Source of the DNA: an uncultured Nitrososphaerota archaeon
GTDB taxonomy: Archaea; Korarchaeota; Korarchaeia; Korarchaeales; Korarchaeaceae
Reading direction: 5' to 3'
Length of the DNA stretch: 64,000 nucleotides
NCBI GenBank assembly: GCA_964618805.1
Contig: CAZUBM010000005.1
Coordinates: 32,094 to 96,093, forward strand
How positions within the stretch are numbered: the stretch's first letter is position 1; every line of letters begins with the position of its first letter. A program made the translations under genes and the position numbers. Positions 29,652-39,711 of the stretch are shown here, piece after piece. The notes under the pieces are model-generated. The model saw only the letters and a program-made list of their open reading frames with translations. It did not search any database and was not told where the DNA came from.

Positions 29652-31558
29652 TCCTTATGAAGGAATTCACTAAGCTTCTTTCTTACTCTCTTGCTTACTA
29701 TTGCTCCATCGATCTTTCCTCTTACCTCTGCCATAACCCTTCCCATAAGTAAACCGTATGCTCTCTCACCTCTTTCAGAGATTTCTTTGTGGAGTTCAGC
29801 TATTTTTGCATCTATGATCTCATCTAATTGTTTTAAGCTCATATATCTCCTAGAGACGATCTCTGCCAACGAAGAAGCTTTGCTCATAGCTAATTCAGTT
29901 AAAACCTCTGGAACTGCCTCTTTTGCCAATTTTCCATCATTAATATATGCAAATATTTCTTTAAACGTTTCATCTCTAAGGTTTTCTATAGGAACTCCTT
30001 CCCTCTTTAGAGCAGTTAAGGTAGAAGAAAGAGTGGTCGCTATAAAGCTCGGAGAAATATTTGGATAGTTGCTAGCAATTTCCTCAAATAGTTTAAACCT
30101 CCAGTTATCAAACAGCAGTTCAGCGAGCTCCTGACTCAATCCATAAGAATTTATAAGGCGACTAATAGTTTCTTCAGGATATTCAGGAAGACTTTTAGAG
30201 ACCTTTTCTATGATTTCACGAGAATTTATGGGCGGAATATCTGTTTCTGGGTACATTCTCTCTGAACCTGGGAGAGGTCTTGAGAAGGAGGTATTGCCAT
30301 CCGGTAACACTTTTCTAGTTTCTGTTGGTATCTTCTCCAGTGCGAGTCTTGCTCTATCTAAAACTGCATTAAGAGCAAGTCTGGCCACATCCTTAGAAGA
30401 TAGAACGAGCACGAATGCATCATGAGGCCCACCACCTAACTTTTCTAGGATTTTTGTTATGACTTCTTCCCTAAGACCATATAACGGAGCTTCATCGGAA
30501 TGAATTATACCTCCAACGCCTCCAAAGACCTTTGCGTAGTCTGATAGCTCAGTTCCAAACCTTCTCCCTGGTTGAATTTCCTTTGCCAGGATTCCTCTCA
30601 TGGAAGGAAGCAATAATCCATACGCCTTTTCTCCTCTGTTGAGAGCTTTCCTAATGAAGCCTGTGGAAATCTCTTGAAGCAGATCCGTAACATCTATGAT
30701 CTCTCCGTTAAAAGCCTCCTTGTTTAGTCCTCTAGCTCTTAGCTCTTTCATGATCTCCAATAATGAAACTTGCCTTTGGACCTCCCGTTTTATAATTTCT
30801 GGTATAGCATTGAGTTCTTGCACACCTTTCACTTCCTGTCTGGCTCCTTTGGAAATGCTTATGTTGAGATCTTGTCTTATTGTTCCTATTCCTCTCATAA
30901 CTTTTCCAGTAGCTCTTAGTAATCTTCCAAGCCTTAAAGCTGCTTCTCTTGCTTGTTCTGGGTGCCAAATATCAGGTTCTGTAGCTATCTCTACTAGGGG
31001 TATTCCAAGTCTATCTAGCTTATATCTAGCTTTGAGTGGCGTGGACTCTACTATAAATGCTGATTCCTCCTCCAAACAAAGGGTTTTTATTCTTACTGGA
31101 CCATAAGACGTTTCAATGTAACTGTTTTTATTGCCAACGGCTATAAGCGCAGTTCTTTGAAAACCGGTAGTATTACTCCCGTCAATCACGATTTTTCTCA
31201 TAACATGGATTTCATCAATTATGCTCATCTTTAACATAAGAGCTACTTCTATTGAGATAGCCAAGGCCTCTTTATTGATAGGGAGAGGAGGACATTCGTC
31301 TAACTCTACCTCACACACGGTATCAGGATAGACTCCGTAAACAAACTCTCTATCCCTTAATTGTTCAAATCTTGCAGCCGGGTCTATTAGCCCAAGTTCA
31401 CTTCTCGATACTCGAAGCCTACGTTTGAACCAAAGAGGAGGATCTTCCTCTCTCAACAATGAAGGACAGTTGCAAAAGAGTTTATGAGTGTTTAATCTCT
31501 GATGTATTTCTATACCTACTTTCAATCCTAGGGCTTTATAATCAAACATAGGAGACAT
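29648..31558 (-). CDS. gatE: Glu-tRNA(Gln) amidotransferase subunit E
   Basis: GIEIHQRL, KLFC, IDGSNTTGFQRT, LDRLGIPLVEI, GIGTIRQD, RMYPETDIP. Confidence 0.97.
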   Translation of the reverse strand: MSPMFDYKALGLKVGIEIHQRLNTHKLFCNCPSLLREEDPPLWFKRRLRVSRSELGLIDPAARFEQLRDREFVYGVYPDTVCEVELDECPPLPINKEALAISIEVALMLKMSIIDEIHVMRKIVIDGSNTTGFQRTALIAVGNKNSYIETSYGPVRIKTLCLEEESAFIVESTPLKARYKLDRLGIPLVEIATEPDIWHPEQAREAALRLGRLLRATGKVMRGIGTIRQDLNISISKGARQEVKGVQELNAIPEIIKREVQRQVSLLEIMKELRARGLNKEAFNGEIIDVTDLLQEISTGFIRKALNRGEKAYGLLLPSMRGILAKEIQPGRRFGTELSDYAKVFGGVGGIIHSDEAPLYGLREEVITKILEKLGGGPHDAFVLVLSSKDVARLALNAVLDRARLALEKIPTETRKVLPDGNTSFSRPLPGSERMYPETDIPPINSREIIEKVSKSLPEYPEETISRLINSYGLSQELAELLFDNWRFKLFEEIASNYPNISPSFIATTLSSTLTALKREGVPIENLRDETFKEIFAYINDGKLAKEAVPEVLTELAMSKASSLAEIVSRRYMSLKQLDEIIDAKIAELHKEISERGERAYGLLMGRVMAEVRGKIDGAIVSKRVRKKLSEFLHKD

Positions 31559-32891
31559 CTCCCGGTGGGAAAACCGTTATACTTAGAAAATTGCTGATTT
31601 CTCCCCTTAGATTCTCCTTCATCATCCTCCTGATCTCATTCATGTCAGTTGTTTTCCCTAGAACGTACATTAGCTTGACTAAGGCTACCTCAGGCAACAT
31701 ATCTCCAACAGATATTACTCCAGCATCAAGCAAGAGACGTCCAGTTTCATAAACGTTCAAATTCATCCTTCCGAAGAGACACTGTGATGTCATTACAACT
31801 GGAATTCCATCCTTTGTTAGCTCCCTTATCTTAGGAATAAGTCTTGTTGGAACATGCCCAAGACCCGTCCCGGCCAAAACTAGACCTAGGTATCCCTTAT
31901 CTACGACAAAATCCAAGAAGTCAGGAGCGATTCCAGGCCAAGAGTATATTAGGGCAACTCTGTCTTGCATTTTATCCGCTGCCCTTACCTCTCCTTCCTT
32001 CTGTCTCTTATTGTAGTTCCTGCCGAGTATCTCTATACTTTTTCTTGTTATTTTTGCTAAAGGAGGCTCGTTTACGCTTAAGAATGCATCTCTCCTTGAG
32101 GTATGCATTTTTCTTGCCCTAACTCCTCTTATTGCATACGTATACTCATCAGAAGGACTTCCATGCATTACGATCATTGATTCAGCTATAGGACCCTCTA
32201 CAGCCATTTTGACTGCAGAAAACAGGTTAAGAACAGCATCTGTTGAAGGTCTATCGATCGAACGTTGAGCTCCTACCAGAATAACTGGCTTAAATAATCC
32301 TTCTAATAGGAAGGATAGCGCAGCTGCAGTAAAATGCATTGTATCAGTTCCATGAGCAATTATAACTCCCTCCGATCCTGAGTTTATCTCCTTCTCAACT
32401 TCTTTTGCTATCTTTATCCAATGCTGAGGGGTCATGTTCTCGCTAAAAATCGACATCAGTGGAATATATGATAGATTGGCTATTTCTGATATCTCTGGAA
32501 TTAGATCTAATAGTTCCTCAGGTTTTTCATAAGGCTTAACTGCTCCTGTTGCATAGTCAACCTTTGAGGTAATGGTCCCTCCAGTGACTATTAAAGGGAC
32601 CCTAGGCAGCCCTTTTATGGGAGCTTTCCGGGCAATTAACTTTTCTTCCTTTCTAATCTCCCTCTGTTTGCTTAGCAGCTCTATTTCTAAGATGGAATCT
32701 ATCGCGATTCCTACGTTATATCCGTTTTCAAGTTTTAAAACTATGTGTTTGTCATCTTCAAGCTCAGCTCGGGGTATTAAGATACCGCTTAACTCCACTC
32801 CATCCTTGTGAATAATGCGGATGAAATTGTAGTCTTCTATACCTTTAGCTAAGAGTAGCTCTCTAGCACGACCTCTATAAGATAGTGGCAT
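31542..32891 (-). CDS. gatD: Glu-tRNA(Gln) amidotransferase subunit D
   Basis: KLENGYNVG, TGGTITSKVDYATG, HGTDTM, GAQRS, KMHTSRRDAF, GTGLGH. Confidence 0.97.
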   Translation of the reverse strand: MPLSYRGRARELLLAKGIEDYNFIRIIHKDGVELSGILIPRAELEDDKHIVLKLENGYNVGIAIDSILEIELLSKQREIRKEEKLIARKAPIKGLPRVPLIVTGGTITSKVDYATGAVKPYEKPEELLDLIPEISEIANLSYIPLMSIFSENMTPQHWIKIAKEVEKEINSGSEGVIIAHGTDTMHFTAAALSFLLEGLFKPVILVGAQRSIDRPSTDAVLNLFSAVKMAVEGPIAESMIVMHGSPSDEYTYAIRGVRARKMHTSRRDAFLSVNEPPLAKITRKSIEILGRNYNKRQKEGEVRAADKMQDRVALIYSWPGIAPDFLDFVVDKGYLGLVLAGTGLGHVPTRLIPKIRELTKDGIPVVMTSQCLFGRMNLNVYETGRLLLDAGVISVGDMLPEVALVKLMYVLGKTTDMNEIRRMMKENLRGEISNFLSITVFPPGDVSYV

Positions 32892-32951
32892 ATCAATTAC
32901 CGCAGTACTACTTGAAAAGAAAAAGATTTGGAAGTAAGTTTGATTATGGCC

Positions 32952-33356
32952 CTAGCTAGGGCGAAACTTATATCCATAAGCAATAGCTCCTGATTCTCCG
33001 CTAACCCTTATTTTCCTTATAGTCATTTCAACCTCTAGTCCTTCGTGGATTTCCGAGGGTTCAATATCGGTTAGCTGACTGAAAACCCTGGTTCCGTCTT
33101 CGAGTTCAATTATTGCTAGGATATAGGGAGTGTAGTACTCAAATCCTCTAGGAGGCGTTTGAACTACGGTATAAGTGATGACTTTGCCTTTTCTAGGTAA
33201 TTCGACTGATTTTATCCTTTTAGACCCACATTTGGGGCATATCTTCTGTTTTGGAAATGTTTTGTATCCGCATTCCTCGCAATACCCACCAATAAGCCTA
33301 TATCTTTCTGGTAAAAGCCTCCAGTGGCTAGGAATATTCAGTCTGTATGCCCACAT
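32952..33356 (-). CDS. DUF35 Zn-ribbon/OB-fold scaffold of the thiolase/HMG-CoA synthase complex
   Basis: CEECG..FP...CPKCG, OB fold, YGYKFRP; adjacent to thiolase and HMGCS. Confidence 0.92.
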   Translation of the reverse strand: MWAYRLNIPSHWRLLPERYRLIGGYCEECGYKTFPKQKICPKCGSKRIKSVELPRKGKVITYTVVQTPPRGFEYYTPYILAIIELEDGTRVFSQLTDIEPSEIHEGLEVEMTIRKIRVSGESGAIAYGYKFRPS

Positions 33357-34522
33357 TACTCAACCCTCCTCAGAATATGAACAAATACGTTAGAGCCTGT
33401 TCCACCAACATTCATTGCTACTCCTACATTAGGATTCTCTATCTGTGATGATCCAGCTCTATCCGATAGCTGCAATGCTAGTTCTGCTATCTGATAAACC
33501 CCCGTAGCACCCACGGGATGACCTCTTGCTTTCAAACCACCTTCTGGATTGACTGGAAGAGCACCTGATCTATCTGCGTCCCCTGAAGCTATAAACTCAT
33601 GAGCCTTACCTCTTTCTACGATTCCTAAGGCTTCAAGATTAAGATATCCTATTACGCTAAAAGCGTCATGTATCTGAACTATATCGAAATCTTTTGGTTC
33701 CAGCCCAGCCATGGATAAAGCTCTTTTTGTTGCAAGTTCTGCCGCTTTAAGGCGAGCAAGGTCTTCTCTCCTGTACATTGCTAACGTATCAGTAGCCGAA
33801 CCAAAACCGATTATCTCAATAAGATGCTCTGAGTTTCTAGCTCTATCTCTCCTCATTATCACTAATGCTGCGGCTCCATCCCCTATGGGAGCACAGTCAA
33901 ATAGTTTTAGTGGGTCTGATATTATTGGAGAATTGAGATATCCCTCCATGTTAATCGGAAATCTTAGTTGTGCATGTGGAACATCTACAGCGTTTTTGTG
34001 CATTAAGATTGGGAGATGTCCGAAGTCTTCAGGAGCCAGATCGTAAGTTTTTGCATAGCTACGCATAATAATTGCATTTAATGAAGGGAAGGTTGCACCA
34101 AAAAAGACCTCATAGTCATAGTCTGCGGCAGTTGCTAGCGCAGAACTCACATCTTCCTTATCTGTCACATCTGTCATTTTTTCTACTCCTACAACTAGGA
34201 CTGAATTGAAAAGACCTGAAAGAACTCCTAAACAAGCCCACATAACTGCTGCAGCTCCGGAGGCACATGCTGCTTCTATCTTAACGCTTGGCACGCCACT
34301 AAGGCCTATACTTTCTGCTACTAGACTGCCGAGATTCTCTTGACCATTTGCTATTCCAGACATCATGTTTCCAACCACGATAGCGTCGATCTTAGGGTTT
34401 CCAGCATCGCTAAGTGCCTTTAATGCGGCTTCTGATGAAAGATCCCTTAAGCTGTACTTCCAATGTGCAGTTATCTTTGTGAAGCCAACTCCAGCGATGA
34501 CTGGTCTTCGCAAAACTTCCAC
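33356..34522 (-). CDS. Acetoacetyl-CoA thiolase (archaeal type)
   Basis: EAACASG, VGVEKM, DCAPIGDGAAA, HDAF, GGLKARGHPVGATG. Confidence 0.93.
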   Translation of the reverse strand: MEVLRRPVIAGVGFTKITAHWKYSLRDLSSEAALKALSDAGNPKIDAIVVGNMMSGIANGQENLGSLVAESIGLSGVPSVKIEAACASGAAAVMWACLGVLSGLFNSVLVVGVEKMTDVTDKEDVSSALATAADYDYEVFFGATFPSLNAIIMRSYAKTYDLAPEDFGHLPILMHKNAVDVPHAQLRFPINMEGYLNSPIISDPLKLFDCAPIGDGAAALVIMRRDRARNSEHLIEIIGFGSATDTLAMYRREDLARLKAAELATKRALSMAGLEPKDFDIVQIHDAFSVIGYLNLEALGIVERGKAHEFIASGDADRSGALPVNPEGGLKARGHPVGATGVYQIAELALQLSDRAGSSQIENPNVGVAMNVGGTGSNVFVHILRRVE

Positions 34523-34523
34523 C

Positions 34524-35609
34524 TCAGTAGTCTCCTGAGCCAGCGGGCATTTTTATCATTCTTCTGTTTCTGGAATAGATTGCATAATCAACATAAACTT
34601 TCCTTTTGATGAAATCGATTACCCGTGGTACACAGTTCCTGACCTTTTCTATTCTATCAGAGACCTCTATGTGGAAGGAATCACTTCCCGCACCCGAACC
34701 AAATGAGGTAACTAGGATATTATCTCCAGGTTTAGCTATGTCTAAGACGGCAGCAAGTCCTATTAGAGAGGAGGCGCTGTAGGTGTTTCCTATATAAGGA
34801 GTGATCAACCCGGGTTTCACTTGTTCTTCTGTGAACCCCAGCATCTTGGCTACTTTAAGTGGGAACTTTCCGTTTGGTTGATGAAATACCACATAATCGT
34901 AATCTTTTGGTGTTGTGCCTAATTCTTCCATTAGCTTTTTCGAAGCGTTTATTATGTGAGTGAAATAAGCTGGCTTCCCTGTAAAGCCGCTCGTGTGAGA
35001 AGGATACTTAGCTAGTTGTCTTCTCCAGAAATCCGGAGTATCCGTCACATATGAGCAGGTAGCCAAAATCTTGGCTACTGATTTGTCTTCAGGACCAATT
35101 ACAAATGCTGCGCCTCCTGCAGATGCAGTATATTCAAGCGCATCTCCTGGGGCTCCTTGGGCTGTATCAGCTCCAACAGCAAGCCCGTATTCTATCATTC
35201 TAGATCCAACTAGACCTATGACTGCTTGCATTGCCTCTGATCCTGCCTTACAAGCAAACTCAAAGTCCGCTCCAAGGGTAAGTCTTTCCTCTCCCCCTAT
35301 CATTAGTGCTTCTGTAAGCATCGTAGCTGTAGGTTTTACAGCATATGGTTTGGATTCTGTACCCACAAAAACTGCTTTAATTTCGCTAGGATCGATTCTC
35401 GCCCTTGTAAGAGCATTTCTGGCAGCTTCGTAGGCTATTGTGAAGGTATCTTCATCTATTCCTGGAACGCTTTTCTCTTCAACCATAATGCCAGCTGCAT
35501 ACTTCTTCCAATCTTTCCCCCAAGCTCTAGCAAGTTCTTTAGATGTTATTCTATATTTGGGAACATAAGCTCCCCATCCAACAATACCAACAGACCTATC
35601 AGGTCTCAT
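34524..35609 (-). CDS. Hydroxymethylglutaryl-CoA synthase
   Basis: GTESKPYAVKP, EFACKAG, DTPDFWRR, FHQPNGKFP, IGNTYS, SFGSGAGSD; ATG 35609 preferred over 35633. Confidence 0.95.
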   Translation of the reverse strand: MRPDRSVGIVGWGAYVPKYRITSKELARAWGKDWKKYAAGIMVEEKSVPGIDEDTFTIAYEAARNALTRARIDPSEIKAVFVGTESKPYAVKPTATMLTEALMIGGEERLTLGADFEFACKAGSEAMQAVIGLVGSRMIEYGLAVGADTAQGAPGDALEYTASAGGAAFVIGPEDKSVAKILATCSYVTDTPDFWRRQLAKYPSHTSGFTGKPAYFTHIINASKKLMEELGTTPKDYDYVVFHQPNGKFPLKVAKMLGFTEEQVKPGLITPYIGNTYSASSLIGLAAVLDIAKPGDNILVTSFGSGAGSDSFHIEVSDRIEKVRNCVPRVIDFIKRKVYVDYAIYSRNRRMIKMPAGSGDY

Positions 35610-36210
35610 AATCCACCGACCTCGCGGCTTCAAAACCTAACTCAAAAGCTTTGATGTTTACATCAGCAGAATAGGAAAATATGGCTTTTATAGCCTCTAC
35701 AACAAATTTTGGGGAAAAAGGCAGCACATTAGATGCTGCCAGAAAGCCTAACATGACAACATTAGAAGCCCTTAGATCTCCAGCTCTTTTAGCCAAAGCT
35801 TCTGCATTTATCAAAGCCAATTTAGCTCTATGCTGCTTAAACACCGAAAGAATCCATTTTTTATCTGGATAAGCAGTTTCTCTTGTATAATAAGACACCG
35901 GATACAATAATTTATCGTTAAGAACCGCTAATCCGTTAGGTTTTAGATACTTGATATTTCTGGCTCCTTCTAACAACTCCAGCGATACTAGGGCTTGAGC
36001 AGTTCCTTCTGGGATCAGAAAGGAGTGAACTTCCTTCCCAATTCTGACATGACTTACAACAGATCCCTCCCTTTGAGCGAGTCCATGGCTCTCTCTTATT
36101 TTCACATCGAAGCCTGCCCGGATACTTGCTTCTCCTAGGATTTGGGACGCAATTCTCAGGCCCTGTCCCCCTATCCCGCTCAATATAATACTAACTACCC
36201 CATTCACCAT
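35599..36210 (-). CDS. iorB: Indolepyruvate:ferredoxin oxidoreductase beta subunit
   Basis: GIGGQG, ESHGLAQREGSVVSHVRIG, NVVMLG, NIKAFELG. Confidence 0.9.
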   Translation of the reverse strand: MVNGVVSIILSGIGGQGLRIASQILGEASIRAGFDVKIRESHGLAQREGSVVSHVRIGKEVHSFLIPEGTAQALVSLELLEGARNIKYLKPNGLAVLNDKLLYPVSYYTRETAYPDKKWILSVFKQHRAKLALINAEALAKRAGDLRASNVVMLGFLAASNVLPFSPKFVVEAIKAIFSYSADVNIKAFELGFEAARSVDYET

Positions 36211-38102
36211 AATCCTGCCTCCCTCTCATTAGATTCGATAGCATTAGATGGACATATTTGAGCGCAGATAGAGCATCCTACACATTTTTCCTCTATAATT
36301 CTCGCTTTATTATCGAAGAAATTGAATTCTAAAGCGGGACATCCTGTTCTTATGCATATACGACATCCCGTACATTTTGCTAGATTTACTTTAAGCGGCT
36401 TTAGTCGAATTCCCTCCTTTCTAAGCCTTCTAAGTTCCTGAAGGACACATTCCCTTCTGAATATTACTACTGCAGGTCCATTCTTTGCAGCTGATAAAGC
36501 TTCGATCACTGCCTTCTCAGATTCAGCGATGTTGTAAGGATCTACCACTTTAATGAATTGAATACCTATGCCCTCAACTATTCTTTCCGGAAAGACCTTT
36601 GGAGCTGGTTCGCCCATTGCATTCTTTCCCGTTCCCGGATTTGGTTGGTGACCGGTCATGGATGTCCAAGAATTGTCCAATATAGCTACAACTATAGGAG
36701 CTTTGTGAACATATGCATCAATTAATGGAGGTATTCCTGCGTGGAAAAATGTAGAATCTCCAATTACCGCAATTATCGAATTTTGAAGACCCGATTTTGC
36801 TAGGCCAACTGCCATTCCAATACTAGATCCCATAGCAATTGCCGTGTCGATTGCCCTCAACGGAGGATTTGCTCCCTGATTGTAACACCCACGATCTCCT
36901 AAAACTATTCCACGCTCCCCACAGGCTTTTTTGAGAGCATTTTTTATAGAAATGTAGGCTCCTCTATGAGAGCAGCCAGCACAAAGCTGTGGTATCCTCC
37001 TAGGTACATCCCCAACATTTAACTCTGGAAGTACATAGCCAGAGTATTTTTTCTTTATTAAATGGATGGCATGGAGTATTTGATCGGTAGTTAGCTCTCC
37101 ATATGGTCTTAGGTGACCCGTACTTTTACCGTAGATTTTAATTGAAAGATCATTTGAAAGAGCTATTCGAAATACCTCTAGTTCTATAATAGGATCCAGT
37201 TCTTCAGCAATTAAGACCTCATTCAGATTGGATAAGAAATCTAATATGGGTTCTTCAGGTAAGGGGTTGGATATAAGCAATTTGAGAATGGGAATATCAT
37301 CAATGCCCATCAAAGAAAGTGCTTCCTTTACATCGTGATACGGGCTGCCTGAGGTTATTATACCAAATTCACCATCAGGAGGACCTTCCTTAATTACCCA
37401 TGGTGGCCTGGAAACTATTTTCTTAGCTTTCTCCAGCTTTTTGAATAGGTTAGGAATGTTCTTTCTTGCATTTGGAGCGATTGAAACTAGTTTATCTGGT
37501 TCCTTTTTGAATGTAGGCAGCCTTCTATACCCATTAGTGTTAAAATCTCCTAGGTCTACTGGAGTTCTGCCATGTGCTATTCTATCTGTATATCTGAAGA
37601 TTGCTGGAAGTCCTACCTTTTCTGAGAGATTTACAGTTTCTTTAACTAGTTCTTTTGCCTCCGCTGGATCTGATGGCTCAACAGCGATTATGTGAGCAAG
37701 TTTTGCGTGATTTCTAGTATCTGTTGAGCTTTGAGAGCTTAGGGGGGCAGGATCATCAGCAGAGATTACTACAAGACCTCCTCCTATCCCAGTAACTGCA
37801 GAAACTGATAGAGGATCCAAAATCCAATGCGTGCCAAGATGCTTCATTATCACTGCTGCTCTTAATCCACACAGCGACGCGGCATAAGATATTTCAAAAG
37901 CGACCTTTTCATTAACTGCCCATTCTGCATAGACGCTTAAATTGTTCTCCTTCGAGATTCTCACATAAGCACTCAATATTTCACTGCTTGGGGTCCCAGG
38001 ATAGGCTGTTGCAACCTTGACGCCACTTTCTAGGAGACCTCTAGCTATTGCCTCATTGCCGGTCATCAACACTCGGTATTTTCCCATCTCGATTAGCTTC
38101 AT
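36204..38102 (-). CDS. iorA: Indolepyruvate:ferredoxin oxidoreductase alpha subunit
   Basis: GNEAIARG, YPGTPSSE, NEKVAFE, LCAGCSHR, GDSTFFHAG, MTGHQP, two C-terminal ferredoxin motifs. Confidence 0.93.
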   Translation of the reverse strand: MKLIEMGKYRVLMTGNEAIARGLLESGVKVATAYPGTPSSEILSAYVRISKENNLSVYAEWAVNEKVAFEISYAASLCGLRAAVIMKHLGTHWILDPLSVSAVTGIGGGLVVISADDPAPLSSQSSTDTRNHAKLAHIIAVEPSDPAEAKELVKETVNLSEKVGLPAIFRYTDRIAHGRTPVDLGDFNTNGYRRLPTFKKEPDKLVSIAPNARKNIPNLFKKLEKAKKIVSRPPWVIKEGPPDGEFGIITSGSPYHDVKEALSLMGIDDIPILKLLISNPLPEEPILDFLSNLNEVLIAEELDPIIELEVFRIALSNDLSIKIYGKSTGHLRPYGELTTDQILHAIHLIKKKYSGYVLPELNVGDVPRRIPQLCAGCSHRGAYISIKNALKKACGERGIVLGDRGCYNQGANPPLRAIDTAIAMGSSIGMAVGLAKSGLQNSIIAVIGDSTFFHAGIPPLIDAYVHKAPIVVAILDNSWTSMTGHQPNPGTGKNAMGEPAPKVFPERIVEGIGIQFIKVVDPYNIAESEKAVIEALSAAKNGPAVVIFRRECVLQELRRLRKEGIRLKPLKVNLAKCTGCRICIRTGCPALEFNFFDNKARIIEEKCVGCSICAQICPSNAIESNEREAGLW

Positions 38103-38279
38103 TCTAACACCTTAGATGGTCTCATCTATCATTATTATGAAATAACAGTGGAAATCGGTGGTTCGATCAAATCAGTACAATCGAGAGAATAGAGGATCGA
38201 TAGGTTATCTCTACTTCGTGAACCCTATCATATTTAAATTTTTCATTTATAACTTAAACACACTCGACTTTTGTCGAAG

Positions 38280-39041
38280 CTAAAGAGGTGAGAACTCCCT
38301 CAGTTTTTGGGCAAGAGAAGTTATATCAGGAACTCCTGATACTACTAAGGGTATTCCCATGATTTCGGCTAGCTTAATAGCTAGATCATGAACAGATTCT
38401 GGACTAAGCCCGTGTAATACGACTAAATTTGGCTTTAAGTCGAATACCTTCAATGCCACCATGGGACTCTTTCCTTCTGACACTTTCGTAAAGATTAAAG
38501 CCCTTTCTGTGGAAGAACCAAATAAAAGTATGAATTCTGAGCTACCGCTAAGGTTTTTGATGGCAGCATAGCTATCAATGATCGTATAACCGTTAATGTT
38601 GAATTCCCTTGGCGGTTTGTAGAGCCATGTTCCATCTACTAATTCTACAAATGACTCGATATCAACGGGAACTGGAAACTCTCTCATATCGACAACGGAA
38701 TTTAAGAATGGCTGAATTCCTGCCATCTTAGCTAAGGTTTTGAAAACTTTCCCTCCTCTCTTCTCATCCTCCTCTATTAGGGAGATAATAAACCTCTTGA
38801 TTACAAGCGAGCCAGGGCTTCTTCTCCTACCAGACTCATAGTCTGACACTACGCTTGCAGATACTCCTAGTAACCTAGCTAAATCACTCTGCTTAATTCC
38901 AAAGTACTCTCTCCATTTTCTCATAGATAAACCAATATTAGGTGAAAAAAGAAGGTCTCCAGCTATTTTCTTAGCAACGGCTTCCTTAATCAACCGTCTT
39001 TGAAAACTAGCTATAGCCTCATCTTCTTGATTTGGATTCAC
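38280..39041 (-). CDS. Cro/XRE-HTH transcriptional regulator (COG1709-like)
   Basis: RKWREYFGIKQSDLA...SVVSDYESGRRRSPG, ERALIFTKVSEGKSPMVA. Confidence 0.85.
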   Translation of the reverse strand: MNPNQEDEAIASFQRRLIKEAVAKKIAGDLLFSPNIGLSMRKWREYFGIKQSDLARLLGVSASVVSDYESGRRRSPGSLVIKRFIISLIEEDEKRGGKVFKTLAKMAGIQPFLNSVVDMREFPVPVDIESFVELVDGTWLYKPPREFNINGYTIIDSYAAIKNLSGSSEFILLFGSSTERALIFTKVSEGKSPMVALKVFDLKPNLVVLHGLSPESVHDLAIKLAEIMGIPLVVSGVPDITSLAQKLREFSPL

Positions 39042-39197
39042 TACCTACACCTCACCATAATGGAATTGAGGGGAATTCATCATATGGCACTCAGATCAGT
39101 ATGATAAATGTTACTGCCAAATAATTATTGTCCAGGTAAATCAAGTGTTTCCAAATTAACACTCTCTTGATTAAAGAAGCCGATCCAAGGCATTTAC

Positions 39198-39617
39198 CTA
39201 TTTTGAAAGGTCTAATGCATGTCTCATTAAATCATTCACTAAATTTTCGAATTCTGAGTCAGGAACCTCATAAGTGCGGTAACTTCCTATTAATTCTGCA
39301 ATTTTTTTGGCAATGATGTGATAACAGTAGGTTCTCCTTATCCTGACTAAGGACTCTAAGTAGAAATCTAAGCAAGCACAATAATAATCGCCTAACACCA
39401 AATAGTCTCCTCCTTCTCCACTAACTACCCATAACTCCCTACCGCTCGGTTTGAATACATATTTAGTTACTCTTCTATTATTTAAAACCCAAAAGACCTT
39501 CTCTCTGCTTCTCTCAGAGAGAAGGGGCAAAAATCTTTTTAGATTTTCAAGATCACTAATGTTAGCTATGTTTTCTGAGTCTTGCTTCATATTTACTTCT
39601 AAGAGGCGAATGTTCAA
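39198..39617 (-). CDS. SWIM zinc-finger protein
   Basis: WVVSG..DY, CACLDF...CYHI (CxC...CxH). Confidence 0.8.
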   Translation of the reverse strand: MNIRLLEVNMKQDSENIANISDLENLKRFLPLLSERSREKVFWVLNNRRVTKYVFKPSGRELWVVSGEGGDYLVLGDYYCACLDFYLESLVRIRRTYCYHIIAKKIAELIGSYRTYEVPDSEFENLVNDLMRHALDLSK

Positions 39618-39711
39618 CTTCAGAATTAAGATTTTTCATGCATTTTTTGAGTTAAAAATTTCTCTCAGTAATACTTTTATTTGCGACTAGCAAGGCTGTG
39701 AGGGTCTGATC

